From assembly GCA_964057225.1 (NCBI GenBank), contig OZ059899.1:12586001-12650000 (forward strand): a stretch of DNA of 64,000 bases. Reading direction: 5' to 3'. Both the position numbers and the translations under genes were made by a program. Below, piece after piece: positions 15,020 through 30,200 of this stretch (positions within the stretch are counted from its first letter, which is position 1; every line of letters begins with the position of its first letter). The notes under the pieces are model-generated. The model did not search any database. It was not told where the DNA came from and saw only the letters and a list, made by a program, of their open reading frames with translations. Source of the stretch: Auanema rhodensis. Lineage: Eukaryota; Animalia; Nematoda.

Positions 15020-17352
15020 GTATTTCTTTAGAAATTGTTGAAATGAGCTTAGAAGAATGAGATAAAAAAGTAAAAAAAGTTGAAAAGAATGATGAGACAA
15101 GAAGAGGTCGAATACATTCATTCTCTGCTCTTCTTTTCTCTTTTTTTTTCAAAAGTATATTGCTTGAACTGAAAAGAAAAAAAAAGATTTTTGATCATTT
15201 CCTTTTTTTTTCTTTTATTTCTTAAAAATGCATCGCCATGAAAGTAACTTATATCATTACCATTCTACTTTTAAAGTATTCAATGATGAATACCATCACG
15301 ACAGATTACCAAGCGGAAGAAGGTTGATAGAAAAGGAGAAAGAAAGACAGAAAGGAATTGCAGGAGAAGCAATGATAACGATAAAATGTATGTGTCTATA
15401 TGTGAGAGAGAAAGGAAAGAAAGAGAGAAAGAGAGAAAGAGAGAAAGAGAGAAAGAGAGAGACAACCGTTCGTTGTTCTGCTACATCAAGAAATGAGAAA
15501 CTGTTTACGTGAAGCATTGGAATTGCTCACGTAAAATGAGAATATTTATGTAATTAGAATACAAATGAAAATATGTTTTAATCTTTAATATTTTGTTCTT
15601 CTCAAAAGAAAAATATGAATACATACATCTATATGCATATACATACATATAGTATAATATATATATTTGATATATTATAGATGAAGTATTCAACATGAGA
15701 GTATTGTGTTCTAATGCTTTTGTCTTTTTAAAATTTTTCATTATAGAGAGCATTTAAGACTTAAAGTTTAAAAAAAAAGATATAACATCACAAAAACATT
15801 GAAACTATTATCAATTTTTTCAATCAAAGTAACCAACGTAGACATTGTGCTGGAGGTAATTGCTCATTTCTACTTCATATCACGGGGGAGGGGAGGGCGC
15901 AACGCAATGTCCAAAAGCTGCAACTCATTAAGCTTTTGAATATAATCAGATGGTTTCAGCTTCAGGCATTTGAGCTTCAATTGTAGCATACAATCTTTAG
16001 GATCTTTTGAGCAAAATAGAGAAAAAAAGGTTTTTTTTTCTTTTTTTTCCGGTTCTTATTTCATCAATTTCATTTTGTCTTCAGTTCATCTTCAGAGAAG
16101 AACATTTCAGTTGCAGCAGAAGCAGAAGCAGTAGCACAAGCTGAACTAGAAGCAGTAATAGAATAGAATATTCAGGAATGTTCAGTTTTTGTTGGAAAAC
16201 TTACTTCCTGTTCAAAAAAAAGTTTTTTTTTGAATTTGAAAATCTCTGTTAAAACATTAGAAAATCGTAATTGTGATCGTGTTCATTAAACATATTTCAA
16301 TAAAATCATATGTATAACTACTATATAGTAAAAGAATATTTTATTAATTAATTGTACTCAATCAATTTCATTTGTATTTGATTAATTAGCAAAAATTTGA
16401 GATGAAAAGAAGACAAAAAAAAAGAAAAAAAAGATGAAGATGTAGGGATTGAGGTAAAAGACAGAATCTGAAGTTCATTTCTTGATGTAAAAAACCATTT
16501 TCACGCTGTGATTTCATTATATAAATCAAAAAAGCATTAATTTCAACGTTGATTGAGGTATTTCTATACCCCCTCTCTCTTTATCTCTACCTCTCTCTCT
16601 TCCAATCTCTCTCGATCTCAATCTATCTTTCTCTCTCTCGATCCCTCTTTCTCTCTCTCTCTTCTTCAATCTCAATCCCTCCCTCTCAATCTCTCTCTCT
16701 CATAATCTAATTCAAGAAAAGGTATAGATATGAAAAGTATAAAAGGGATTATATGAACTATGCCGATAATAACACTTGATACTTGACTATATGGGTCTGA
16801 TAAGACAAACGGGGAGAGAGTGAGGATCTATGTCTAGTCGGCTATAAGCAAGCATGAATGAAACTGGAAGGTTTCGAAGAGCAATAGCCGTAAAGATAGG
16901 CAACATTCCGAGAGGTTATTTGGTGGTCGCTTGTTCTATTTGGTATATGAAGACTAAAGAGAAAGAGTGGTTATGGTGTTGATGGTGGTGATGGTGGGTG
17001 TAAAAGGGTAGTGCTTTGACTTATATGGTTATGTTTGTGCGCCACTTAACACAAATGCCCTGAGGCGATAAAACGACTGTTGTTAATATAACGAAAGAAG
17101 TATAATGTTTCTTTCAAATATTGAAATTTTGTTTTTTTGTCCAAAAATTCAGGAAAAGCGACCAAATGAATGAATAAAGTATTTGCCAGTTACACTTATT
17201 AATCAATTTCTAATATATTTTAATGGCATAGTTAATAGCCAAAAATAGCAGAAAAATCACATATTTCGTGAAACAATTGCTATTCCAGTTACTACAGGAC
17301 TTCAAGATAATACGTATTATGAGACTTTTTAGTTCTAATTCAGGTGAAAGAG

Positions 17353-17421
<69 letters not shown>

Positions 17422-18242
17422 CGGAGACAGAGAGAGAGACAGAGAATGGATGACGAATTCAAATTGGAAGAAAAAATGAAAAAAAAAGGAACAACGATAA
17501 AAAAAAGAAAGAGAAGAGGAAAAAGACCAGAAAGAAGACGAATTAGAAGCAGCAGGGTTTCATCACAGTCAATCGTGCTCGAAGCTTTTTAAGTTGAATT
17601 TCAAGTTGGGCAAGTTGGATGTTTAACGACGAGCTTTGAGCCGCATTTTTTGAATAAAAAATTTGAGTTGCAAGTCACATACGACTTGTTTCAGAACTGA
17701 ACTTTATATAATTTGAAAGAGATTAAAAGAAGCCAAAAAAAATAGTGAAAGATAGAATAATTTTTATAAAAATAAACAGAAGACATGAGACAATTTGCTG
17801 GTTTTTCGTTAAAATTTTGGTAAAACTGAGCTGCTAGAATGAGATAATGAACCTAATTTAGTTAGTGTTCCAATCCATTCCAATTCAGTGCTTTGGTCCA
17901 ATCCTTCCATATTATGTTTGTATGTCGTTTTTCAAGCCTTATAACATGTAATTGAATTAAAATTTCTTGTAAAACTCATCTGAAACTACTGATTTTCAAC
18001 AAAATTTGTTAGAAACTTTCATTTTTTGCAGCAATAGCAGCATTATATAACCTTATAATGAATATTTGAATACTCTTAATTGGCCTAACCTAGTTCCTTA
18101 TATCGGACTATCCCTCCACCTATTCGTACAGACTCTCAACCTTTCTGACCTTTCAACCTGACCATCATCATCATGTTCAGCAATACTTTTGCTATTAACC
18201 TCTACTGACTCTATTGAAATCCGGTCATTCAAATCAATATTA

Positions 18243-19741
18243 ATGAATGACGTTCCAACGAACATTCCTCAGTTCAACATACACATATCCGACAATTCGG
18301 AAGCTCAGATGTCTAGAAAGAAGAATCTCAATCGATTATCCAGGTTGTTTTTAAGGTTTCTTGAGTCTTTTTTTGGATAAAACTTAAAATTTAGTCTGCA
18401 AGCTCATCTTATTCCCATTTCAAATACAGTAGCAGCTGGTGAGTTATTGCGTTTAGTTGTATTCATTCAACAACCTAATACATCAAACCATGCTTCCATT
18501 GATTCGATAGTTGTTTACTTTTATGGAATTTTGGAATTTTATGATCAGTTTGAGGTAATGTCAAGATTTTTTGTTTTTTCTCTCAAAATTCTCTTGAAAC
18601 TTAAGCATTGTAGGAATTACATATACGCAAAATAGCAGAGGCCACACGTTTTTTATCAATTAATGATTTTTCATCACCAAATAATTCAAAAGAAAAGCAA
18701 ATTAATACAAGGTTTTTCAAACTTTAATCATAAAAACTTATCGATAAAACTTCATGTTCAGCTTGCTTATTCCAACCAATGCTCCAACTATATTTGATAG
18801 TGGTTATACATTCGCTTTAATGAAATCAGTTAATTACTATACAGAGGTTTAGAAATTCTTTTTTTCTTCAGTAATCTTTTGTAAAAGATCAATCAATGTC
18901 TTTCAGATCCAGGTATTAACTGCAGGTGAAACATACACGGATCGCAAGCAAATATACATATTAAAACCAAAATACTCAATATTCACCACATTAGATGTGA
19001 GCTTAGTTGGTATTTGAAGATCTAATAGTAGCATTATAGCAACCTTTTCCAACTTTTCATACTAGCTTAAAAGTAAATAATTTATCTCATCCAAGTGGTA
19101 AGATAGTAGGAACTTTAAAAATTCCCTCGTAAGCATTTCTTCATATTACTTTCCTCCTTTCAAATCAAAATTTCAGCCAAAATGTTAAGTTCGGACAAGT
19201 TTTGCCATGTTCAGTTACAATTTTGAATTGTTTCCGTAAAATTAAAGCTGAACTTCGGCTTGTTGAAAAGGTAGGTAAATCAATTTTGACACGTTTTGAA
19301 AACTAATGTTTGTTTAGATTCTTCGTATAGATGATCGACCTCCAAAATCTCATCTTTTCACAAAAATTGTAATTATATCGAAACGAATAACATCTCAAAA
19401 GGTTTTCATAACCTCCTGTTACATAAGGCGTTTCAGCTTTTCCCTTCTTTTTAGGTAGAGGATACAGCATGGGTTGATGATAATCTGGATATTTGGATTC
19501 CAGATGAATCTTGGCGATACAAGCTACCTGGAACTATAAGTTTAGGAGTATATCTTCAATTGAAGTAATCATAACTACTTGATGAATTTTTAATTTTTTA
19601 ATTTCCAAATTCAGAATACACGTCTTCATGTCATCAAGTACGATCGCTGAATGTCCTGTCTTCCTGCATACACCTGAGAAGATGAGTCATTTGGATCAAG
19701 AAGACATCAGCCATTCAAATCATTCATATGAATTCAAATAA
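18243..19741 (+). CDS. Arrestin-domain (alpha-arrestin/ARRD-like) protein, about 10 short exons
   Basis: Phase-consistent GT-AG splicing gives MNDVPTNIPQ...LQAHLIPISNTVAAGELLRLVVFIQ...IDSIVVYFYG...LLIPTNAPTIFDSG...SVNYYTE (arrestin-N-like), then GKIVGTLKIPSQNVKFGQVLPCSVTILN...AELRLVEK (arrestin-C-like), ending ECPVFLHTPE...YEFK* (TAA 19739-19741). The start codon is uncertain. Confidence 0.7.
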
Positions 19742-20849
19742 TCCAAAGTTTAAGTTTGTAATTCAACTTACAATAAAGAAAAGATTCATTCACTCTCTTC
19801 ATGTCGACCCCTATATTGCTTTCGATTGGCTTTCTCTTTGTTGCGAATACCGGAAGAACAGTTGGCGATGGCCCTGTAAGCTGTCATCTTGTCAGTTTGT
19901 TCTTCAAGCAGTACATCAGAAATCTCGACAATCAGAATGCCGTTTGTGTCTTGTTCGAGATGCTTCAAAAAGACAAAAACGATTCTTGCTATTGTTGCTT
20001 TCGATGAAAAATTGAAACAAACAGTCTGCCGACCATCAGACAACAGTCCATCCGTCAGTCAGCCCATCTACAGAAGTCCAATCTCATGTCCGATGAACAA
20101 AAATATAAATAGAATTGAAATTCTTACATCAACAGGTTACATATATGCATTGTATACAAAGCATAAATCAAATATTGGTCATTGGCGTTTGGAAGAGAAC
20201 AAGAGAAGAAGCTCACTAATCATGCCATTGTCATTTCAACTGTACTTTTCGATTTTTCTCATTGTTTTCAGATTATTTCATCAAGAGTTTTTATACTTAT
20301 AAGAAGAAAAAACTGTTATTTTACAAAAGAAGAAAAGAATAATTGAATAAGTTTAATCTGAAGTCAAATGGTCAAGTATAAAGTTTTTGAAACAGAGTCT
20401 ATATGAGAACACAAAGAACATGAAGCTGTTGACCTAAAACCAGCCCTGCTAGTTCACGTCAAGCAGATCGTTTTTCATCTGAAATTCATTCTGATTCTTG
20501 ATTTAATTATGATAAACAATAAGATTTTAAAACTTTAATTCTCATCATTTTCGTTTGAAAAGCTTTTTTCGTCTTTTTTTTTTTCAAAGTAAAATAGGAT
20601 GAGTTTTGACCTTCAAACATGACATACAGCAGTCTAAGGTTTATAAGATGTGTAACACATGGCTTTCATGTCTCTTTTGGTAATAATAAAAGGTGTGAGA
20701 AAGATCAAAACGTTTAAATCATTGAATATTTGAAAAAAAAATTATATTTAGAGAATAGTTGAAAAGGAATTATATATAGTATTCAATAGATTATTGTATG
20801 AAAATGGATGGAAAATATCTAAAGAGAGAGAGAGAGGGAGAGAGAGATA

Positions 20850-20867
20850 GGGGGGGGGGGGGGGGGG
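20850..20867 (+). repeat. G18 homopolymer, long enough for a G-quadruplex
   Basis: 18 consecutive G. Shorter runs: G10 at 7371, G11 at 11909, C12 at 24104, G14 at 26189. Confidence 0.9.
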
Positions 20868-21813
20868 ATACTGGTCAATAAACAATTGAAAATGAAGTTT
20901 ATTTTTATTATATGTAATATAGTAAAGTATATGAACAAATGTAATTAAAACAAAATTACAGAGAAGAGGGAGGAAGAGAGAGAGAGAGAGAGAGAGAGAG
21001 TGAGAGAGAGAGAAGCGAGTTGTAAGAAGAGAGAGGAAAGAAAGATATAGATTGAAACAACAACCGAAACTTCAGGCCAAAAATTATAAAAAATAACAAC
21101 TTCAAATTGATTTATTAGTTTTGTAAACTAGCGAAATGTTTTAAATTTAAAAAAAAAAAGCATCGTAGACAAGATATTGCTTCGAGGGTGGTCGATTACT
21201 GCATAGTTGTTGCTTGTGTCTTCATTTTCTTTCATCTTTTCCGCTTGCATGATCTTCTTTTTTTATAAAATATACCAATATCTGTAGGTGTCCACTAGCT
21301 TTCGTCGTTACATCAGGCACTACTGTCATCATCATCGTTGTCGTCGTCGTCGCCGTCATCATGTTATAGTCCAATCAACGTACTCATCTCGTCAGAATCC
21401 ATTAATATCCTCAACATTGAGCTAATGTGCCTGTCGTATCGTCATTCATATAGACTATAATTCATTCATCATAGCCATCTTTGGACTTGTTTTGGTGTCG
21501 TCATCAAGCATCTTTCTAACTTTTCACTGATTTCTACCATTTTTATTCGGCTCAATAGGTAATGTCTCGGTTTTTTTCTGCGCTTTTTCAACATTTTCTT
21601 TCAAAAAATTGTCTTTTCCTAATCTTCTACATGCCACATGTCACAAACAGTCTATATAATCTTGTCGATCCAATTAAAAGGATAACGAATACTGGGAAAA
21701 AGTGCGAATTGGATGTGGACAAGACGGGTGCCTAATCTCGTGTCCTTGATAGAATAGTAGAATTTCTGTAATCTGCTGAACGTAAGTTTTCAACTTAATG
21801 AGATATCTATTCT

Positions 21814-21844
<31 letters not shown>

Positions 21845-24800
21845 ATCCAGCTACCTCTCATTGTATTTTCAATCTTAGTAGCAGCATACTCCAACTTGAT
21901 GCTTTTATAACTTTCATCCAAAATTAGGTTTTAGAATTAGTTATAACAGGTGTTTGTACGAAAAAAAAACATTCATTTATCGGATGAATGGATGAATGAA
22001 TGGAAAACGATGTTGTTTGGATTATGATTGGTTATCGTTTTACAACTTTTTTTCTTTAATCTTTCTCTTATTGTAGCTACAGGTTTAAGGCAATTATCAT
22101 CAACTAACCTTTTTTTTGTATTTATGAAAGGCTATTGGTCAGAAGATCTAGCTACAACTGGCATTGATACTACAATGTCTTGTTCAAGTCGTTTTTGCTT
22201 TTAAGTAATTTCATTTAATGGATATCATCTGCGTGTTTCATGTGAAATAAAAAATTTAACAGCTTAAGCTTACAGCTTGATCAAGCTATAATATTGATAT
22301 CCTTGAATCTCGGTCTTTGAATGGCTTTCCCTTTTCGTTCGGTTTCTCCAAAACTGTTTTTAATCGTATCTTCTATTTTCCGTTTAGCCACCCAAAATAC
22401 AACGCCTTAGACAGTTTGTCATGAAGAGAGAAAGTGAATAGAGGAAAAAGGAATAAATCTTATCGCTGATTATCAACCTTCATCTGAAGGCCTGTCGTTC
22501 AGCAAGTAGCAGTAGAAGCAGCAGCAGCAGCAGCAGCAACATCATCGTTGCCGCTGGCGCCGCAGTCGTTGACGCTCCATCACCTGTAAAACAAATCTGG
22601 TTTTTGCCATCAAGATAGTATGTCTTTCGCTCTTACACGCTCTGCCATAACTATCATCCGATCTCAGCTAATCATCTCTTACAGACCTGTAGAATCGTTA
22701 TTCATCAGACAAGCTGTATCTCCTTATCATGTCTCGTCATAAGACATTCAAAAAAAAAAGTTTGTTTGCCCACCCAAAATATCTGAATCTTAGTCCAAAT
22801 CCGCTTTAAGTTTTTAGGTCATTTTCTTCAAAATAATTCAAGCTTTTGCTCTATATATTCTAGAACATCTGTTCAGTCGTTTTATCATGTTATGGTGCTG
22901 TCAAGGTTACATCGTTCTTAACAACTTTTATTTCAAATTTATCATGAAGCTGAAGTCTCAGTTTCTTAAAAAGATTTTGAATCTCAAGACCATTTCATGG
23001 TTATCGCTCAGTTTTTTTGTCAAAATACAACCAAAAACTCTTTTTTTGTTTTGCCCTTTAGGACATGAAACAATTTTGATTGCCATCGATCTAATTTGCC
23101 CCATTCATTCAGCATACCTTGTTATCCAAAAATCTAATCAGATTCTGCAACAAAAAAACTTTTGTCTCATGCTCAGCTTGTAGACAACGACGAGAACGAC
23201 GACGCCGCAAAAGACCTTCATTATCAAGGCGACTTCAAAATGCTCCTCCTTTCTTTTCTTTCGACAACTTCCTCTGTTCTATGCTTCTGTCCTCGTCGTA
23301 TCGGCCAGTCAGGACATCTGACCGGTTTTTCGTCGACGGCGCCTGAAGTTAGATGAGTCTGTTACCGTCGTCGTTGTCATCAAATAGCATGCGCCCAATT
23401 TGGAACCATAAAGCTGCCGAGAAAAAAACGGCTTAACAAGCCAACGGCAGATGATAGTAGAGCTTCTGTCTCTCATGCTTTTCCTCATTTATCTTTTACT
23501 ATCAAGCAATAAAAGTACTAAAATTGCTTCAGTTGGCAATATAGACGCAAATACAGATATAAGACACAAGAATACATCATCAACTGCCATTTTCTCTTTA
23601 ATTCGTCGTCTTTTTTCATTTTACTGTCTTGTCTTCTTCTTCTTCTTCTTTGTCACTTTCAGTTTTTGCTTTTACTTTTTTCAGCTTTTACTAGAGTTCA
23701 CATATACTTTTAAAGATTCTCCGACACATGTCTTCCACCCCGGTCTATTCGAATGTCGTATACCATACTCTCTAGCATCATGTTTCACGAGTTTTTCCTT
23801 TTTTTGGTCGGAAACCCTTTCGCTCCATAAAGGCTTGACATCGCAATTTCACTTTACATATCTATGTTCATGTTTCTCTTGTTATTCCTTTCATCATCTT
23901 CATCACCATCAGTATCCTTCTATCTTTTCCTCTTTTTTATTTTTGTTTACCTTCTATGTATCTCAGATCAACAACTAAGACCATAGATCGTCTTTTCCAA
24001 CTTTTTTCCCTTAAAATGCCACTTGTTGTTCGTTTAATACTGTTATCATTAATATAATAGCCAGAACCTACCCAAATTGGCTTCATCGTCTTCTTTTCCT
24101 AAACCCCCCCCCCCCATCCAACCTTCTCCAGTATTTCATCTATTCTACATAGTTTAATAATAAAAAAACGAACAGTTTCTCTTTGTTGAAATATATTCGA
24201 ATCTATCATCATCAGTAGCAGTAGCAACAGCAGTAGCAGTAGCATCCTCTTTATTCTATATATGTTTTCTTCCAAAAATCTTGAAACCTTCGTTGAAGAT
24301 TTGAGTTCCATTTTTATCCAGACAATTCAGATTTGTGATCGCATTATGCATAATTCTTGACAACGAACTGCAGTGAAACACGCCTCATTGTTCTGAATCC
24401 CATTTGGAAAACGAACAATCTTGTCTGGTTTTTTTCTGTTTCATCATCTTCATAACCGTACTCAATGAGTGTTTCATGCTTCGACAAGAGGTTAAGAATC
24501 TCAGTAAAACCACGAAGCATAACCTCAGAATAGCTTGCCTTCCTGCTTCTCTCTATGACAGATATGGGGGGAAAACAGAAAAAAAAGAAATGAAGTATTC
24601 GTCATATCTAACTTGTCGGTCATACCTAAAGCAATGTTTGTATAAACCATTTATGGTCAATATTCTGAATCTGAATTGATGATCATCACTTTTCTCCTAT
24701 TCTCTTCATATTCCATCCATGTTTTTTGTCTCATTTCACAGCCATTCTGCCCTCTCACTTCATCAGTTTTTACTTTTCGAGACAACGTCTTCTCACTTTC

Positions 24801-25079
24801 ATAAATAAAAGTTTTCGCTCAATATCGTTGACGCCGTCAGCAATTTACTGTTCAAACCATTTTTTTGTCTTCGTCATTCTCCATAAATGGCAACTGTCCA
24901 TTCAGAATAATTCAGTCTCGAGTATTCTCAGACACTTCATTCTTCGTTCTTTCAATCATATTGCGATTTCAAGTTTTATGCTTTAACAAACATTATGAGA
25001 ACTATATTTGTTGGTAACTCAGTCGCCGTCTCTCTCACCTCATTCTCTCCTTCTTTCTCTATAGACGTATCTTCTTAGC

Positions 25080-25133
<54 letters not shown>

Positions 25134-27270
25134 CATCTTAAAGCCTATATATCTCCATATATCTAGTAGATATCTGGACTCTCTCCCTCCCTCTCTAGAA
25201 ATCTTCGATAATCTCTAAATTCTGTTAAAAACTGTTAAAATCTTTGGGTTTTTTTTTCAATATTCACAATTGTCTCACATAATTCTAATTCAATTAGTAA
25301 CTGATTTATGATGAAAATAAGTTGCTTCTATAGGTTTTACACATGTTTTTTAAAAGAAAAACCACGTTTTCTACAGATGAATTGCTGATTCAACTAAGTT
25401 CACTTCAACATCTCATGATCCTAGTTTTTTCAAAGCTTTTGCCATTTTCTTTGATTTCTTCCGACATGACATGTTATTCGTTCATATACACATACCTCTC
25501 TTCATTTTATTCCACATTCATGCCTATATCTATTTCTTTTTCTTCCTCTTTTTCATGTCTGTCTGGCTCTTGTTTAACCATTTCTATAGTCTCTGAATCC
25601 TCAATATGTATGTTGGATGACCATTATCTACAGGCTTAAACAGGTATGTGAATGTTCTAGATGTAGCATAGTTCTTTCAACTTTATTATCTAAATTTCAA
25701 TAAAAGCACCCTTTTCAACTTACAGCATTTTCTTCAAATTTTGATAAAGCTTGAAGTTTATAAAGCCCACTGTTCTTGTATGTGCTACTGTTAATTTACA
25801 AGCTTGCACTTGCCATGTTTCAAACCTTTTTTTTCTTTTTTTGTTCCTTTTTCTCTGAGAATTTCCAACTTTCTTCGATTTACACACACTTTAACGTTTT
25901 TTTGATTGTATTTTCCAACTGATTAAATCTAATCTCACCACATAACAAGCATCCGACAACCTAAAGTAGATGTCTGATATCACTTTTGCCCTTTAAATAT
26001 CTGTTTTCACTTCAGATTTACAACTTAATTAGTCTTTTTCATTTGATAATACAAACGTGTATCATTTCTCTCATTCATATGTTCTTCATCTTTAAATGAA
26101 ATTTTTCAATTTCATTTGATTTTACAGAAATTGAGAGTGTGAGAGATTGATGAGATTGAGAGAGAGAGTCTGTGGGAGAGGGTGAGAAGGGGGGGGGGGG
26201 GGAGAAGCGGATTCAGGATAATGGAACATAGCACCTGTAATGTGTGTTCACTCATAAAATTTCAATTCAGTTTCTTGTGTAGCTATGAAGATAATCAGTA
26301 AAATTACATAAATTAAGTATTCTAGTTCTATTTTGATAGAACAAACTATAACTCAGACAATGAAAATCATTTACAGTTCGATCTCCGATGATTGCAAATG
26401 GTATTATCTATAAACTTCTTATGATGCAAGTTGAATCAGCTAATTATCATGAGTATTAAATCTTTTTCTTTAATCATCTTCTCTTGTACGATTTGCTCCA
26501 CAATGTCTTCCCCCTTTTTCTTTCCTCCTTTTTATTTTAAAATAAGCTCAAGTTATAACTTTTCCAGATATTCATAAATTGGCTTCTGACATGTGTGATG
26601 ATGCTGATGATACGGACGGATGTTGATGATGATGATAAAGCTGAAACGACGGAAATGGCAGTGAAAAACTGAAATATGGCATTGCACCGGAGACAGGCGG
26701 TGAGAGGTTCAACCTTTTCTGCCAGCCTATTCTTGTTCTCTTCTGTTAAAGCTTAAAAGTTCATTTAGGACACATGAGATTGATTGGAAAACTGAAAATC
26801 AGTCTGGATTCAGCTAAGTTGAACAAGTTATACGTGCATGTATCTATGTTACCATGTTGCTGTATGAAATGATTTTGCTACCTCAATCTCATGCAATCCA
26901 GATTTCGGAAACGTTCTTGGGGGAAGCATGCATGCATCTTCTGGGATGTTCTTTTTCTTTTTTTCGATAAAAAAGTTCCAAGCGAACGTCATCGTCCCTG
27001 TTTTATATTTTCTCGGTTGTTGGCTTCGTCATAATCGTTGTGTCGTCGTCATTGTCACATCTCATTCCAGTCTTGTCCTCTCTTGGTCATTCTGAATTTT
27101 TTGTGATTGCTTCGGTTCCACTCTAAGATAAAATAAATTTTATTTATGCCCATCAATATCAATTTACTTCTTTAATTACAATTAACTTTGATTTCTCTTC
27201 GCATATTTTTTTTCTCAAAGTCTTTGTATTTATTCGTTAAGTTTTCATTTCAAGTTGTATGCTTTACAGA

Positions 27271-30200
27271 ATGCGAAGGCTGATATTACTCTGCCTTCTG
27301 TACATCTTAGTACAAGCTGAAGACGTTTGTTCAATGAATTGATTGAATTTAGTTTTAAATTATTTGCTTAAGGATGTAGTTACTAGTTTGGATGTTGAAT
27401 CCTTCCTATCTGCAAACCAACAGCCTCAACAGGCAACGTCTGAACTTCTTCGTCGTTCTTCTGGTATAACACGTCAAGAGAGTGAGAGTTTAGCATCACA
27501 GTAAGTTTATTTTCGTCTTTATATCTCAATTTTAAACTTAATTTCTTTCATCCAGATCTTCTCGTCGTTTCAACGTGCGGATCCCGAAGCAAATCAGCCA
27601 CAGAATTCAAAATCCCCAAAATCTTCAGAGGTCGGAATCACGCTCATCCCGTAAACATACTAATAAGCATGACCAAATGTCTCGAAGTTCCCCAACATTA
27701 GGGACACGCGCATCGTCTGGAGAACCTACGGGCTCCCGTTCAACCTTACTCGGCTTCGGCCAGCAATTCAATCCACCAACCTTACCACAATTAGCTACTT
27801 CTGCACGTCGCCGTCCTATTCATGATAACACAACATCCAGGAAAAAGAGTTCATCAACGTCATCATCTTCTTCATCCAGCCGAGAACAAAGTACTCGTGT
27901 GGCACTTCGAAAACGCTTACGATCTCGTCTATTTTTGAAAAGTGCTTCACTGAATACCACATCCAATACATCCAAAGATAGCAATCGACTAGTTTTTGGA
28001 TCAGCTGATCCAAGAGCGCAAGTGGCAGTACCGTCGCCCAATTTTCAGAACATTGAATCCTCAACATCAACAACAATACCATCTGTATCGGAAGCATTGA
28101 AGGATGCTAACGATAGATTAACCATACTACCAAGCACAAATAATAACAGGTTATTACTAATTTTCTAACAATACCCTCCCTTCCCTCCCAAAGTAAGCAT
28201 GCTATTGGCTATTTTCGCAGTTTGCAGTGATTATACTAACTTTGTACCGTATTTTAACGTTTTTGGGTGTAATATCACAATAATTACTAATTTTCAGCTA
28301 TTATTCAATGTTTTTTTTCAATATATATTCTAAAACTTTAGATTCTTCGCTAAAACCTTGAATCTCACTGATAATAATATTGTTGTTAAGCCAGCTAGAA
28401 GAGGTATGCTTAGATATATCTATGGATCTATTCATAATTTTGAATTTTGAAGTTCCCCTGCCTAGTCAAAATCGTCTTCACCTCGCTTCACGTGAAAGGG
28501 AAATTGAATTTGCTGTTCTGAAAGCTGTACAAGGTATTATCTAGTATCATCTTCGTATACAAATATATGTTCCAGAATTAGAAATGGAGAAAGTTCTTCC
28601 AGACGATCAACAAAGATCCTTCTCAACTACTGGAGCTCCTCCTCCTGTTATCACGTCTACTAGATCACCAGTTCCCACATCGACAATTGGAATTCAGCTA
28701 TTGCTCAACGACAAAGGTATAGTTTTTGAGAGAAGTAGCATCTTAGTAAGATCCATCTGATTCTTATAGATCAACCAATTAATCGACTTCGCTCTCGTTT
28801 ATCCAATAAGCACACTGTTAGTTTTCTTTTCAAAGCATTCTCCAGATTCTTGTCAATGCTCAATAGATGCTCTTCATTTCAATACTTTAGATTCTGATTG
28901 GAGATATTGAGCGAATCCATAACCGCAATGGAACAGCAAGAAAATTCAGAAAGCGACGTCCAACAACAACGACTTCAACATCAACGACAACGACAACGAC
29001 AGCTTTGCCTCCAGTAGTTTTAGATTTCAAACAAGTAATATACATAATTTCTTTGTTTCACTCACAAACTTCAATGCTTTTCTAGATCACCGCACCTTTC
29101 GTAGCTTCTGTAAGTTTAAATTGCATTGATTTGTTGACAAAACTTAAACAAAATTATAATTTTTTCCAAGCTTTCTGTTCAAAAAACTATTTTTCAAGTC
29201 ACGAACACCTATTTTCTTTATTTTTCTTTTCTTCTACAGTCTTCTACGACACGCAGCAGCACGTTTTCTCAAACTTCTACACCCGCTATCCTTACTTCTA
29301 CTTCTACTGAAGTTCCGACTACAACTACTATGTTCTCGACAACCAGGGAGAACGTTATTGAGACTACTACAGATTTACCAACAACAACAACTGAAGCTTC
29401 AACAACAACTTCTACAATACCAACAACTACCACGACCATGACCACGACTATGACTACTACAGTACCAACTACTACAACTACTACGACTTTAGCTCCAACA
29501 ACTACTACAACCGCTAGTACAACTCAGTCTACCACAGTACCAACTACTACAACAACTACGACGTTTACCACAACAACTACCACACCTATTCCAACTACTC
29601 TTCCAACTACTCTTCCAACTACTCTGCCAACAACTCTGCCAACAACTCTGCCAACAACTTTTCCAACTACTCTTCCTACTACAACCGTCTTGATAACGAC
29701 AACACAGATTCCTACGACTACAACAGTACTTCCATCCACAACCACAACCACAACGCAGATTCCTACAACAACAACAACGATGCCAACTACCACTACAACG
29801 CAGATTCCTACAACGACAACTACGATGCCAACTACCACCACAACGCAGATTCCTACAACGACAACGATGATTCCAACTACCACCACAACGCAGATTCCTA
29901 CAACAACTACGACTACTTCAACAACTACAACGTTAACTTCTCCTACTACAACTTCTCCTACAACAACTACAACTACCACCGCATCACCATCTACTACCTT
30001 AGAAACTTCTACAACGACCGTATTTTCCACCACGATTGCCAGCACAACTTCTCCACTTTCTAGCACTCTTTCTTTACCTGTAAGTCACACTATCCTTTCC
30101 TTTTTCAGTTCACTTTTTATTTTATTATTTATTTTATTTATTTATTTATAATTTATCTTTCATATAGATTAATAGAGGGCCTGCTCCTCCTCCTAGACCA

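Noticed and set aside
19728-20302. Overlapping ORFs on both strands after the arrestin gene
   Set aside because: No recognisable motif or consistent splice pattern, and the arrestin frame already ends at 19741.
26680-26703. CATTGCAC, resembling the miR-92/mir-235 seed
   Set aside because: The rest does not match the family and the upstream arm pairs only weakly.
29524-30066. 180-aa Val-rich minus-strand ORF (likewise 57284-57556)
   Set aside because: Antisense shadow of Thr (ACN) codons.
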